From a virus (taxonomy: Duplodnaviria > Caudoviricetes): a DNA stretch of 46,729 nucleotides. A model generated the notes under the pieces. The model made no database searches and was not told where the DNA came from. It worked only from the letters and a program-made list of their open reading frames with translations. A program made the translations under genes and the position numbers. Positions within the stretch are counted from its first letter, which is position 1, and each line of letters starts with the position of its first letter. Positions 17,793-27,731 of the stretch are shown here, one piece after another. The stretch is taken from IMG/VR virus record IMGVR_UViG_3300049437_000136, positions 1 to 46,729 of that record. One strand, given 5' to 3'.

Positions 17793-19382
17793 ATGTTCGT
17801 CGAAAAAAATGCCGAGCTTTGCATACGATTTTTCGAGCGGATGCTCACCCACACAAAGGGAGTCTATGCACGAAAACCATTCCATCTGCTGGATTGGCAG
17901 CGAGAAATAGTCTGGAATGTTTTCGGCAATGTGAAATCAAACGGCCTACGGCAATTCACAACCGTTTATTGCGAGGTGCCCAAGAAAAATGGAAAAACCG
18001 AACTGGCCGCCGGCATCGCTCTCTTTGGACTTTTGATGGACGATGAGCCGGGATGCGAGGTGTACATCGCGGCCGCCTCGAGGGATCAAGCCTCCATCGG
18101 ATTCCGAGTGGCGGCCCAGATGGTGCGGAACAACCCGAGGCTAAACGCCCTGTGCAATATTTACCCGAGCGTAAAAACGATCACACTGAAGTCCGACACG
18201 AATAGCTTTCTGAAGGCAATCAGCTCGGATGCGAATACCCAAGACGGGATTAACCCGCACATGGCGATATTCGATGAACTGCACAGGCAAAAGAATACCG
18301 ATCTCTGGGATGTGCTGAAATACGGGATGGCGACGCGGACTCAGCCGCTAATGTTCGCCATCACCACGGCCGGGATCATCGGCGAGAGCCCGATATGCGA
18401 ACAGCAGCACGATTATGCTCGCAGCGTCGAGAAGGGAATTTTTAGAGACCCGTCCTATTACTCAGCCGTTTATGGCCTCGAGGAAAAAGAAGATTGGACG
18501 CTCGAAGGAGAACCGGCGCGATACAACCGGGACGGGGACCTGATCAAGCCGGCCACGGGATGGTTCAAAGCGAATCCGTCGCTCGGACATCATCTCCAGC
18601 TCGACAAGATCCGGGAGGAATACCGACAAGCAGCGAACAACCCGTCGCAGCAAAACTCCTTCCGGCGATTAAGGCTGAACCAATGGGTGGGACAGGAAGA
18701 ACGATATCTTCCCCTGGAAGATTGGCTGGCCTGCGGAGACCCGTTCAATCCCAGCGAATTTATCGGGAAGCCATGCTTCGCCGGCATGGACTTGTCGGCC
18801 ACAGAGGACATCACGGCCTTTGTGATGCTCTTCGAACGCGAGGATTTGATTTATTGGATCCCGCATTTCTGGATACCGGCTCACGAGCTGCAGAAGCGCG
18901 CGCGAAAAGACAGAGTGCCATACGACATTTGGGTGGCGCAGGGCTTGATCCATACGACACCCGGAAACCAAATCGACCAGGGCCTCCTCCGGAAACACAT
19001 ATCGGAACTCGCGGATATCTACGACATCCGGGAAGTCGGATATGACCGATGGATGGCCACCCAGATAGTGACGGATCTTAAAAACGACGGCCTGGAAATG
19101 ACACCAATCGGACAGGGCATAGCAAGCATGTCAGCCCCGACAAAGGAACTTCTCCGGCTGGTGCAGACCAAGAAGATCCGCCACAACGGAAACGACGTCC
19201 TGACCTGGATGGCCGACTGCTTCTCGGTCATTCGAGATACACAGGACAACGTCAAGCCCTCGAAGCCCAAGAGGAACCGTGACCGGAAACGAATAGACGG
19301 GATACAGGCCGGCATCAACGGACTGGCGAGGTTGATCGTCAACAGAAAGCCCTTGGTCAAGCCCAAGGTCCTGTTTGTTTGA
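17793..19382 (+). CDS. terL: Terminase large subunit (Terminase_1)
   Basis: VPKKNGKT Walker A, IFDELH Walker B, ITTAG, GMDLS..D, YDRW, RIDG. Confidence 0.96.
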   Translation: MFVEKNAELCIRFFERMLTHTKGVYARKPFHLLDWQREIVWNVFGNVKSNGLRQFTTVYCEVPKKNGKTELAAGIALFGLLMDDEPGCEVYIAAASRDQASIGFRVAAQMVRNNPRLNALCNIYPSVKTITLKSDTNSFLKAISSDANTQDGINPHMAIFDELHRQKNTDLWDVLKYGMATRTQPLMFAITTAGIIGESPICEQQHDYARSVEKGIFRDPSYYSAVYGLEEKEDWTLEGEPARYNRDGDLIKPATGWFKANPSLGHHLQLDKIREEYRQAANNPSQQNSFRRLRLNQWVGQEERYLPLEDWLACGDPFNPSEFIGKPCFAGMDLSATEDITAFVMLFEREDLIYWIPHFWIPAHELQKRARKDRVPYDIWVAQGLIHTTPGNQIDQGLLRKHISELADIYDIREVGYDRWMATQIVTDLKNDGLEMTPIGQGIASMSAPTKELLRLVQTKKIRHNGNDVLTWMADCFSVIRDTQDNVKPSKPKRNRDRKRIDGIQAGINGLARLIVNRKPLVKPKVLFV

Positions 19383-19407
19383 AAACCCTATTCCTGAGGA
19401 GGAGGCA

Positions 19408-21546
19408 ATGAAGCCGAGAGCGGCAGTAAAAGACAATTCAAAGGGATACCAGATCAAGAACCTCGCCGGAGGCGAAGCCGACATCTGGATTTATGAGGAA
19501 ATCGGAGAAACCTGGTTCGGCGGCCTGAGCGCAAAGCGCCTGAAGGACGACCTGGAAGCGCTCGGCGACATTACGCTGATCACCCTGCACATCAACAGCC
19601 CGGGCGGAGACGTGTTCGACGGGAACGCCATCTACAACCTGCTGAAACAGCACAAAGCGCGCGTGGTCGTTTACATCGACGGCCTGGCCGCCTCGATCGC
19701 GTCCGTTGTTGCGATGGCCGGCGACGAGATCCATATCGCCGAAAACGCCCTGATGATGGTTCACGATCCCTGGACCTATGCGATCGGCAATGCGGAGGAG
19801 CTCCGCAAAATGGCCGACATGCTCGACAAAATCAAGGGCACGATCATCACCACGTACGTCAAGAGGACCGGCCTTGAGGAGGAAGAGATCGAAGAGCTGA
19901 TGGCGGCCGAAACCTGGATGAACGCGGAGGAAGCCGTGGAATACGGTTTCGCTGACGACACCGTCGAATCCCTGGCGGCCGCGGCCCATTACGATCTCAA
20001 CCGGTTTAAGTTCCGCAATCTTCCCGCAGCAATCGCCCAGGCGTCGGCCGCGATCGGCAACAAGCGCCAGGCGGTTTATTTGAACCGATACAACCCCGGC
20101 GCTTCGGGGATTCCTGGAGACAATGCATTGAAAAAAAACATCAAGCAGCAAATAGCCGAGTTCGAAGCCAAGCGAGCTGCAAACACAGCGCGCATGACTG
20201 AAATCATGGGAATCTCCGGCGATGAGGGAAGAACCCTCAATGAGACCGAGACCCAGGAATACGATGGCCTGCAGACGGAAGTCGGCGCCATCGACGCCCA
20301 CCTCGTTCGCCTCCGCGCGCACGAAAAGCAGATGGTAGCCGCAGCCGTTCCTGTGACCGAGCCGGCGACATCCAGCCAGGCCGCGGCAACCCAAACCAGA
20401 ACGGCGACCTCCCGCAACGTGGTCGTGGTCGGCGGGCCCAACATTCAGCCCGGCACCGGATTCGTCCGTTATGCCATGGCCCTGATGGGCGCCGTGATCG
20501 ACAAACGACGGAGAACGCCTCTGGATATCGCCCGATCCCAGGCGCACTGGAAGGACACGACGCCCCAGGTGGAACGCGTGCTAGCGTCCAACTTGGACAT
20601 CCCTCAAGTCTTGAACGTCGCGGTTGACGCCGGCGATACGTCAACCGACGGATGGGCCTCCGAGCTGGCGGACTACACGTACATGGCGTCGGAGTTTATC
20701 GAGTTCCTCCGGCCCCAAACCATCATGGGGAAAATGACCGGCCTGCGACGTGTGCCGTTTAACATCCGCATGCCCCTGCAGGATGCCGGAAGCTCCGTGA
20801 ACTGGGTAGGTGAAGGGAACCCGAAACCCGTCAGCAAAATCCATTTCGACACGACCACCCTGCGGTTTGCCAAAGCCGCCGGCATCGTGGTGATCACGGA
20901 CGAGCTGGTGCGCTTCTCCAATCCTTCGGCCGAAGCCCTCGTCCGGACCGATATGGCGAACGCAATCCGCCAGTTCCTGGATGAACAATTCGTGAGCCCG
21001 ACCGTAGCCGCGGTCGCCAACGTCAATCCGGCTTCCATTACAAACGGGGCCGCCAACTCGGCTGCCAGCGGGACAACCGCGGACGACCTGAGAAACGACA
21101 TCGCCACGGCCTTGCAGGCTTTGATCGCCGCCAACATCGATCCCAGCGGCCTCTCGATCGTCATGCGTCCGACCCTCGCGGTCCAGATCATGATGATGCG
21201 CAATCTGCTCGGACAGAAGGAATTCCCCGACATCCGGCCGGACGGCGGAATGCTGGAAGGATATCCGGTAGTCGTGAGCAACAGCTGCGCCTCCGGAGTG
21301 ATGGTGTTCGTCAAGGAGAGCGAGATCCTCCTGGCGGACGACGGCGGGATCTCCGTCGACGCGAGCCGCGAGGCGACCATCACCATGGACGATGGAGTGA
21401 GCCCGCAGGTAACAACAAACGTGTCTCTGTTCCAGTCCAACATGGTCGCCCTGCGAGTGGAACGGATCATCAACTGGCTGCGCCGGAGGACCGCGGCCGT
21501 CTATTACCTCACATCCGCAAATTACGGAGCCGGCAGCCCTGCCTAG
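19408..21546 (+). CDS. ClpP-type (S14) prohead protease fused to HK97-fold major capsid protein
   Basis: GGAGG RBS; HINSPGGDVFDG, GLAASIAS, MMVHDPW, ETWMNAEEA..GFAD; then a coiled coil and capsid motifs WVGEG..KP, ITDELVRFS, SLFQSNMVALRVER. Confidence 0.92.
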   Translation: MKPRAAVKDNSKGYQIKNLAGGEADIWIYEEIGETWFGGLSAKRLKDDLEALGDITLITLHINSPGGDVFDGNAIYNLLKQHKARVVVYIDGLAASIASVVAMAGDEIHIAENALMMVHDPWTYAIGNAEELRKMADMLDKIKGTIITTYVKRTGLEEEEIEELMAAETWMNAEEAVEYGFADDTVESLAAAAHYDLNRFKFRNLPAAIAQASAAIGNKRQAVYLNRYNPGASGIPGDNALKKNIKQQIAEFEAKRAANTARMTEIMGISGDEGRTLNETETQEYDGLQTEVGAIDAHLVRLRAHEKQMVAAAVPVTEPATSSQAAATQTRTATSRNVVVVGGPNIQPGTGFVRYAMALMGAVIDKRRRTPLDIARSQAHWKDTTPQVERVLASNLDIPQVLNVAVDAGDTSTDGWASELADYTYMASEFIEFLRPQTIMGKMTGLRRVPFNIRMPLQDAGSSVNWVGEGNPKPVSKIHFDTTTLRFAKAAGIVVITDELVRFSNPSAEALVRTDMANAIRQFLDEQFVSPTVAAVANVNPASITNGAANSAASGTTADDLRNDIATALQALIAANIDPSGLSIVMRPTLAVQIMMMRNLLGQKEFPDIRPDGGMLEGYPVVVSNSCASGVMVFVKESEILLADDGGISVDASREATITMDDGVSPQVTTNVSLFQSNMVALRVERIINWLRRRTAAVYYLTSANYGAGSPA

Positions 21547-21573
21547 TTCCGGAGCGGCGCCGAATAGCAGTCG

Positions 21574-21600
21574 GAGGGATCCCAATACTCGGGATCCCTC
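21574..21600 (+). terminator. Stem-loop after the capsid gene (terminator or mRNA-stabilising hairpin)
   Basis: GAGGGATCCC-AATACTC-GGGATCCCTC; weak U-tract. Confidence 0.5.
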
Positions 21601-21627
21601 TTCCCCATTTAACCGAGGAGAAGCCAG

Positions 21628-22041
21628 ATGAAAACCGTGAAATTTTTGAAGGCAAAATCATACGGCGGAGCGCATCACAAAGTCGGATCCGCGATACCGA
21701 TGCGCGATGATCATGCGTCGCTCCTGCAGACATTGGGAGTGGTGGTCATTGAAGACAGCCCAGTCGTGAAATTCCCGATCCCGGGAAGGCCGGCCCCGAT
21801 GACGACTGAGGTCGAGCCAAAGCCAATCCAGCCGGCCGCCTCAATTCTGAGCCCAAAACCGGAAGCGCCGGCGCAATCGGAACAACCGACTGGCCAGACG
21901 CAGGACTCGGAAGCGGAAAGCGCCACCGATCGAACCGAACAGAGCGAGAGCGAAGCCATAGAAGAGGAAACCGATAGCGCGGCGCCGGAGAAAGAAAAGC
22001 CTGCCGGCCGATCCCGTCGAAATGCAAAATCGGAGAAATAG
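21628..22041 (+). CDS. Small head-region protein with Pro/Ser/Thr/Glu-rich disordered tail
   Basis: GAGGAG RBS; short folded N-terminus then low-complexity region; typical post-capsid position. Confidence 0.7.
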   Translation: MKTVKFLKAKSYGGAHHKVGSAIPMRDDHASLLQTLGVVVIEDSPVVKFPIPGRPAPMTTEVEPKPIQPAASILSPKPEAPAQSEQPTGQTQDSEAESATDRTEQSESEAIEEETDSAAPEKEKPAGRSRRNAKSEK

Positions 22042-22044
22042 ATC

Positions 22045-23457
22045 ATGACGCTGCGATCCAGAATACAGCTCGTTAAAAGAGCATTCGGGATGCAGGCCAC
22101 GGCAGTAGGATCGTCTCTGTCGCACTTATTCTCGGCCATCGTCGGAATAGTTTCGGAGCCATTCACCGGAGCCTGGCAGAGAGCAGCCAAGTACGACAGC
22201 CATGAAAACCTGCTCAGGAATTCTGCCGTCTATGCCTGCGTGACCGGAATCGCCTCCGACGTCGCCAAAATGCGGATCAAGTTGTGCAGGAACGACGGAG
22301 GGATCTGGACCGAGATCACGGAAAACCAGCCGTGGCTGTCGGTCCTGAGAAAACCCAACCATTACCAAAACAGAATCCAATTTCTTACCCAATGGATTCT
22401 GAGCAAGCTGCTCTACGGGAACGCGTACATCCTGAAGGAACGGGACGGCCGCGGAGTCGTTTCGGCGATGTATGTTCTGGACCCGCATCTGGTGACGCCA
22501 TTGGTGACCCAGGAGGGGAATGTTTATTACAGCCTGAATCCGGATCCGCTTTCCGGGATCACGGACGCGACGATCGTGGTGCAAGCCAGCGAGATAATCC
22601 ACGATCGAATGCCGGCTCTCTGGCATCCGCTGATCGGCGTTCCGCCAATTTATGCCTGTGCGATGTCCGGATCGTTGGGCAATAAAATCCAACGGCAGGC
22701 AATGACCTATTTCGAAAACGAGGCGATGCCCGGCGGAGTCCTGACAATCCCGGGAGATCTGGAAGACGATGAACTCAAAAAGCTGAAGGAGAAAATCGCT
22801 TCGGCACATTCCGGAGAGAACCGCGGCAAGATGATGGTGCTGACCGGAGGCATGGAATTTAAAGAAATCCAGGCGGCGCCGAAAGACACCCAGCTGGCGG
22901 ATATTCTGAAACTGACCGTGGAGGAAATCTCCCGCGCGTTCCATTACCCGATTTTTAAGCTTGGAGGCGCGGTCCCGGCATTGGCAGGAAACATCGAATC
23001 GCTGATCACAACGTATTACACCGATTGCCTGCAGCATTTGATCGAAAGCCTCGAACTCTGCCTCGACGAAGGGCTGGCGCTGCCGAATGGCATGGGCACC
23101 GAGATGGATCTCGATAATCTGTTCCGCATGGATATCAGTGCGCTGTTTGATTCCAATAGCAAGGCAGTGGATGGCGGATGGATGAAACCCGACGAAGCGC
23201 GATTCCGGGCAAATCTGTCGGCCGTGCCGGGAGGGAACACGCCGTACATGCAGCAGCAGAATTTCAGCCTGGCGGCACTCTCCAAGCGGGACGCTAAAGA
23301 AGATCCGTTCGCATCAAACAAGCCAGTAAAGACGCCTGCCCCGGCCCCGCAGGCCCCGCCGCCGGCGCCCGCGGCCATCGCGAGCGAAGATCTGGAACAC
23401 ATCTATGCCGGCGAAATGTGGAACCAGTTGGAGAAGAGAAAGGAGCTCGCGGCATGA
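22045..23457 (+). CDS. Phage portal protein, HK97 family
   Basis: SAVYACV..IASDVAKM, KPNHYQ, LLYGNAY, EIIHDR, LIGVPPI, MKPDEARFRANL..VPGG. Confidence 0.95.
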   Translation: MTLRSRIQLVKRAFGMQATAVGSSLSHLFSAIVGIVSEPFTGAWQRAAKYDSHENLLRNSAVYACVTGIASDVAKMRIKLCRNDGGIWTEITENQPWLSVLRKPNHYQNRIQFLTQWILSKLLYGNAYILKERDGRGVVSAMYVLDPHLVTPLVTQEGNVYYSLNPDPLSGITDATIVVQASEIIHDRMPALWHPLIGVPPIYACAMSGSLGNKIQRQAMTYFENEAMPGGVLTIPGDLEDDELKKLKEKIASAHSGENRGKMMVLTGGMEFKEIQAAPKDTQLADILKLTVEEISRAFHYPIFKLGGAVPALAGNIESLITTYYTDCLQHLIESLELCLDEGLALPNGMGTEMDLDNLFRMDISALFDSNSKAVDGGWMKPDEARFRANLSAVPGGNTPYMQQQNFSLAALSKRDAKEDPFASNKPVKTPAPAPQAPPPAPAAIASEDLEHIYAGEMWNQLEKRKELAA

Positions 23458-25178
23458 GACTAGATAAGGACGAGCGAGACGCCCTGATTAAAGCATTGTC
23501 CTCCGTAATCGCCCGATACGTTTCCGCATCGATAGGACCGATCGAAGATGCTATTAAGGAGATAAGAGGCGCTCAAGCAATAGCTCCAAAGGAAGGGCCC
23601 CCGGGAAAAGATGGCCAGGACGGGAAATCTGTGGATTTTGAGGCCGTAGTCTCCGCGGTCTTGTCGAAGATTCCGACGCCGCGAGACGGCCGGGATGCCG
23701 AGCCCGTCGACATCAAAAATGTTGTGGCGCGCGTGATTGCCGAAATGCCACAGCCCGTGCCGGCGACATTGGAAACGGCCGAGATGGCCGAGGCGGATAT
23801 TGAAGCGATCGCCGATCGCGTTCTGGCGCGCCTGCCGGATCCGGGCAAGCAGAAGATCGAGCCAGGCCAACTATCAGACGAATTGGTCAGCGCGATCGCC
23901 ACCGCAGCGGCCGCCCTGATCCCAAAACCGAAGGACGGAATTCCCGGCCGAGATGCGGAGCCCATCGATATTCAAACGATTGTAGCGGCCGTGCTTGAGC
24001 AGCGGCCGGATCAGGATATCGCGTCCCTGGTGCAGGATGCCGTCGCGCGGATACCAGCCGGTAAAGACGGCCGGGATGGAAAGGACGCGGAGCCCGTCAA
24101 CATCGAGACAATCGTTGCGCAAGTCTTGGCGCGCATTCCGGAGCCAAAGGACGGAATGCCGGGCCGAGATGCCGAGCCTGTCGATATAACGGCGATCGTC
24201 ACAGAAGTGCTGTCCAGAATTCCGGATCCGAATATCGCAGCGCTTATCCAGGATGCCGTCGCACGGATCCCGGCCGGCAAAGATGGTCGGGACGGGAAGG
24301 ACGCGGAGTCCATCGACATCGACGCGATTGTCCACCAAGTCCTGGCCAAGATTCCAGCCCCGAAGGATGGATCTCCGGGCCGAGATGCCGAGCCCGTCGA
24401 TATTAGTGCAATTGTCGCACAGGTCCTGGCAAAGATCCCGACGCCGAAGGATGGCAGAGATGCGGAGCCGGTAAATGTTGAAACCGTGATCGCACAGGTC
24501 CTGGCAAAGATCCCGACGCCGAAGGATGGCAGAGATGCGGAGCCGGTAAATGTTGAAACCGTGATCGCACAGGTCCTGGCAAAGATCCCGACGCCCCGAG
24601 ATGGCAGAGACGGCCGAGACGGAGCCGATGGCCGAGGCGAGCCGGGCCGCGATGCTCTGCAGATCGACATCCTCTCATCGTTTGACCCAAACCGGAGCTA
24701 CCCGCGAGGGACATACGCGAGATACCAGGGAGGCCTCGTGCGGTCCCACAGGGATACAACGCCCGGCGCCGAGTTCCAGAATTCTGGATGGGAAGTGATA
24801 GTGGCCGGCGTCGCCAACCTGACGGCCTCGATCTCTGAAGATTTCCGGACCGTCACTATCATGCTCAACCTGACCGGCGGAGCAATACAGGCCACGACAT
24901 TCAATGTGCCTGCGCTGCTCTACAGAGGGATTTTTGATCCCGAGACCACATATGCCAAAGGGGACGTGGTGACCTATGGTGGATCTATGTGGATCAGGCA
25001 AACCACGGAAGGCAAAGGAGTCCCGATGGAGAACATCACAAATTCTCCCTGGAAGCTTTCGGTAAAAGAAGGCCGACGCGGGAAAGATGGGAAAGAGGGC
25101 CCAGCCGGGAAAGACGGTAAACCGGGCCGGGACGGTCGGGACCTTACACAGATCGCGTTTTCGGGGGAGAAGTACTGA
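23454..25178 (+). CDS. Head-associated protein with P(K/R)DGRDAEP repeats and collagen-like G-x-y segments
   Basis: ATGA coupling to portal; about 10 repeats of ~25 aa; GRDALQIDIL..RSYPRG.Y...GGL, YRGIF..Y.KGDVVTYGGSMW, W.LSVKEGRRGKDG. Confidence 0.8.
   Translation: MRLDKDERDALIKALSSVIARYVSASIGPIEDAIKEIRGAQAIAPKEGPPGKDGQDGKSVDFEAVVSAVLSKIPTPRDGRDAEPVDIKNVVARVIAEMPQPVPATLETAEMAEADIEAIADRVLARLPDPGKQKIEPGQLSDELVSAIATAAAALIPKPKDGIPGRDAEPIDIQTIVAAVLEQRPDQDIASLVQDAVARIPAGKDGRDGKDAEPVNIETIVAQVLARIPEPKDGMPGRDAEPVDITAIVTEVLSRIPDPNIAALIQDAVARIPAGKDGRDGKDAESIDIDAIVHQVLAKIPAPKDGSPGRDAEPVDISAIVAQVLAKIPTPKDGRDAEPVNVETVIAQVLAKIPTPKDGRDAEPVNVETVIAQVLAKIPTPRDGRDGRDGADGRGEPGRDALQIDILSSFDPNRSYPRGTYARYQGGLVRSHRDTTPGAEFQNSGWEVIVAGVANLTASISEDFRTVTIMLNLTGGAIQATTFNVPALLYRGIFDPETTYAKGDVVTYGGSMWIRQTTEGKGVPMENITNSPWKLSVKEGRRGKDGKEGPAGKDGKPGRDGRDLTQIAFSGEKY
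24415..24595 (+). repeat. Exact 75-bp coding tandem repeat (about 2.4 copies)
   Basis: AGGTCCTGGCAAAGATCCCGACGCC recurs at 24421, 24496 and 24571. Confidence 0.92.
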
Positions 25179-25181
25179 GTC

Positions 25182-25865
25182 ATGGCGATTATCAGAAATG
25201 ATCTTTTGGTTTCCTGCGTGATGCCCACATGGAACCGGCGAGCATTTATCCCTGCGGCTGTTGATTGCTTTTTGAAGCAAACCTATTCTCCTCGGGAACT
25301 GGTGATCCTTGACGACGGCGAGGAGCCGATCGAGGACCTGCTGCCGGCGGATTTCCGGATCCGATACGTATTCGAAAACCGGCGGAGAGTGACGGGAGAC
25401 AAGCGCAACCAAGTGTGCGAACTGGCAAAGGGAGAAATCCTCTGCCATTGGGATGATGACGACTGGAGCGCAGAGAACAGAATAGCTTACCAGGTCGAGA
25501 TGCTGCGCGCCTCCGGTAAGCCGGCCACGGGATTCGGCCGCCTGCTCTTCTGGGATGTGACAAATAAGAAGGCCATGATCTGGAAAGCCAGCACTCCCGG
25601 ATACGTTTGTGGAACAAGCCTGTGCTATACGCGGGAATTGTTCAACATTCGGAAATTTCGCTCCCTGCAGAAAGCCAGCGATAACGACTTCGTCTATCCA
25701 ATTCTTTCGCAGATCGCAGCCTCGAACCTTACCGGCCTGATGGTTGCCCGGATCCATGGCTGCCACCACACCAGCAGCAAAGCCGGCATAAGGGAAATCA
25801 TCGCGCTCGAGCAGCTGCCGCCGGCGTTTTATGAAAATGACCGGCTGAGATTGGATGCCCAATGA
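25182..25865 (+). CDS. Glycosyltransferase family 2 (GT-A)
   Basis: LVSCVMPTWNR, QTY...ELVILDDG, KRN, CHWDDDDW. Confidence 0.92.
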   Translation: MAIIRNDLLVSCVMPTWNRRAFIPAAVDCFLKQTYSPRELVILDDGEEPIEDLLPADFRIRYVFENRRRVTGDKRNQVCELAKGEILCHWDDDDWSAENRIAYQVEMLRASGKPATGFGRLLFWDVTNKKAMIWKASTPGYVCGTSLCYTRELFNIRKFRSLQKASDNDFVYPILSQIAASNLTGLMVARIHGCHHTSSKAGIREIIALEQLPPAFYENDRLRLDAQ

Positions 25866-26557
25866 TAAGAGCACTGGCTGTTATTATCCCGAGCAAAACA
25901 GCGACGAATCTCGGTCCGTGTTTAAAGGCTCTCAGGGAGAATGAGCCAAAGTGCGAGATCATCGTCGTCGACGATGGAATCGATTTCGACTTGATCCGGA
26001 ACAACCCGGAATGGACAGCGGCGGCCGAAGGCATTCAGATCGTGCCCGGCAAGAAGCCTTTTATTTTTGCCCGCAACTGCAACATCGGGATCCGGGCCGC
26101 CGGCAAAGCGGATGTTGTTCTCCTGAACGATGATGCGCTGCTGAAATCGCCCGGAGGATTAAGCCTGATGCAGGCAGAGGCTGAACGGGACAAACTGTGC
26201 GGATGCGTCGGAGCCGTTACGAATCTGACAGGCCAGATCCTGCAAAAGCCACGAGGAATCGGATTCCGCCAGCTGCATCATATCGCGTTCGTCTGCGTGC
26301 TTATCCCCCGAAGAACGATTAACAAAATCGGACTGTTGGATGAGCGATATCGATTGGATTACGGAGTAGAGGACCGGGACTATTGCGAAATGATCAACCG
26401 GGCCGGCCTTTACGTCGCCGTCCATGATAAATGCTATGTAGACCACGGAAGCCTGGTCAGCTCTTACCGCGGCCGGCCGATGGCGCCTGGACGGTCCAAT
26501 CAGAATCGCCTGCTCTTCCTCAAGAAGTTCAATCTCGGGAGCTACTGGAAATGGTGA
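25862..26557 (+). CDS. Glycosyltransferase family 2 (GT-A)
   Basis: VIIPS, IIVVDDG, FARNCNIG, VLLNDD, IGLLDERY..YGVEDRDYC. Confidence 0.92.
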   Translation: MIRALAVIIPSKTATNLGPCLKALRENEPKCEIIVVDDGIDFDLIRNNPEWTAAAEGIQIVPGKKPFIFARNCNIGIRAAGKADVVLLNDDALLKSPGGLSLMQAEAERDKLCGCVGAVTNLTGQILQKPRGIGFRQLHHIAFVCVLIPRRTINKIGLLDERYRLDYGVEDRDYCEMINRAGLYVAVHDKCYVDHGSLVSSYRGRPMAPGRSNQNRLLFLKKFNLGSYWKW

Positions 26558-27012
26558 AGCTCAACCTCGGATCGCGCGATCGCAGATTTCCCGGATTCCT
26601 ATCGGTGGATATCGCCCCGCCGGCGGATGTCGTGGCTGACCTATCGCGGCCTTGGCCGTGGAATGACTCAAGCGTCGAGGAGGTGAGGGCATATCACATT
26701 TTTGAGCACATCGCCGACTCGATCCATGTCATGAACGAACTCTGGAGGGTATGCAGGCGAGGGGCTGTGATCGATATCGAGGTGCCGAGCGCGACCCATG
26801 GAGCCGGCGCATGGCAGGATCCCACACACAAATCGTTCTGGACTATGAACTCTTTCCAGTACTTCGAGGATGGATCGGCTGCGCACAAGAGGTTTAGCGA
26901 TGCATACGGCATTGCCGCGAGGTTCAAAATCCGGAGTATTACTGAAACCCAACGTCAGGACGTATACGAACCTATATGGAAGATCAGGGCAGTCCTGGAG
27001 TGCGTGAAATGA
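26551..27012 (+). CDS. Class I SAM-dependent methyltransferase (Methyltransf_11-like, glycan-cluster type)
   Basis: KLNLGS, SVDI, DL..PWPW.DSSVEEV.AYHIFEHI, MNELWRVC, QDPTH. Confidence 0.85.
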   Translation: MVKLNLGSRDRRFPGFLSVDIAPPADVVADLSRPWPWNDSSVEEVRAYHIFEHIADSIHVMNELWRVCRRGAVIDIEVPSATHGAGAWQDPTHKSFWTMNSFQYFEDGSAAHKRFSDAYGIAARFKIRSITETQRQDVYEPIWKIRAVLECVK

Positions 27013-27168
27013 TCGTAGTTGCTGCTGGGACAAGAGAGTATAGGGGTATCGTCGAAGCTTAGGCGCGCAAGTGGGCGGGACTGATGGCAGCTGCTGCTTC
27101 CCGGAAAGGAAGCCCGGATCCTGCACTTCAAACGCGACCGGCGCGACCAGGCGAGGCTTTACATATGA
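27009..27168 (+). pseudogene. Possible internally deleted remnant of a further glycosyltransferase
   Basis: ATGA-coupled start MIVVAAGTREY.. with early TAG. A different frame ends ..ARILHFKRD..YI* and overlaps the next ATG. Confidence 0.35.
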
Positions 27169-27731
27169 GGCTGCAAGAGCGGAGCGTTTTCGCGGTCATC
27201 CCGACGCGGGGCGATGTCCCGGCTGCTGAGAGGGAGATATCTGAGCATCTGTCGCGATATCCGGAGATCGCCGTCATCAGGTTTGTCGTGGGGAAGACAA
27301 CCTTCAACCGGTATCTGGAAGCGGAGCGATCGAAGCAGGCGATTATCTACACGCAGGATGATGATTGCATCACAGACATAAGGCCTATCCTCGAAGCCTA
27401 TGAGCCGGGGATTATAGTGAATGCAATGACGCCGGCGCATCAAAATAACTATCGCGGAAGCCAGACGCTCATAGGCTTCGGCGCCGTGTTCGATAAAGCG
27501 CTGATCCGATCCGTAATGGAAAGGATATGGATCCGGGACGAATTGTTCTATAGCAAGTCCGATAGGATATTCACCACGGTGAACAGGCACAAAACAGTAT
27601 TCCCGGAAATTCAGATTCTCCCTCACGCGAGCGCGCCGAACCGGCTGTACAGGGAGAGCGATCACAGCGAGAAAGTCGCCGCGATGAATGAACGCATCTA
27701 CAGGATAAAGGGGATCCGGGCCAATGATTGA
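27165..27731 (+). CDS. GT-A fold glycosyltransferase-like protein
   Basis: AVIPTRG, NRY, IIYTQDDDCI (DxD), GFGAVF. Confidence 0.7.
   Translation: MRLQERSVFAVIPTRGDVPAAEREISEHLSRYPEIAVIRFVVGKTTFNRYLEAERSKQAIIYTQDDDCITDIRPILEAYEPGIIVNAMTPAHQNNYRGSQTLIGFGAVFDKALIRSVMERIWIRDELFYSKSDRIFTTVNRHKTVFPEIQILPHASAPNRLYRESDHSEKVAAMNERIYRIKGIRAND

Noticed and set aside
24415-24595. Regularly spaced repeats as a possible CRISPR array
   Set aside because: The whole 75-bp unit is repeated with no unique spacers, is in frame within a CDS, and no cas genes are present
19438-25874. Long minus-strand ORFs (19438-20547, 20641-21585, 22126-23037, 24675-25874)
   Set aside because: Antisense to capsid, portal and GT genes in GC-rich DNA; no recognisable motifs
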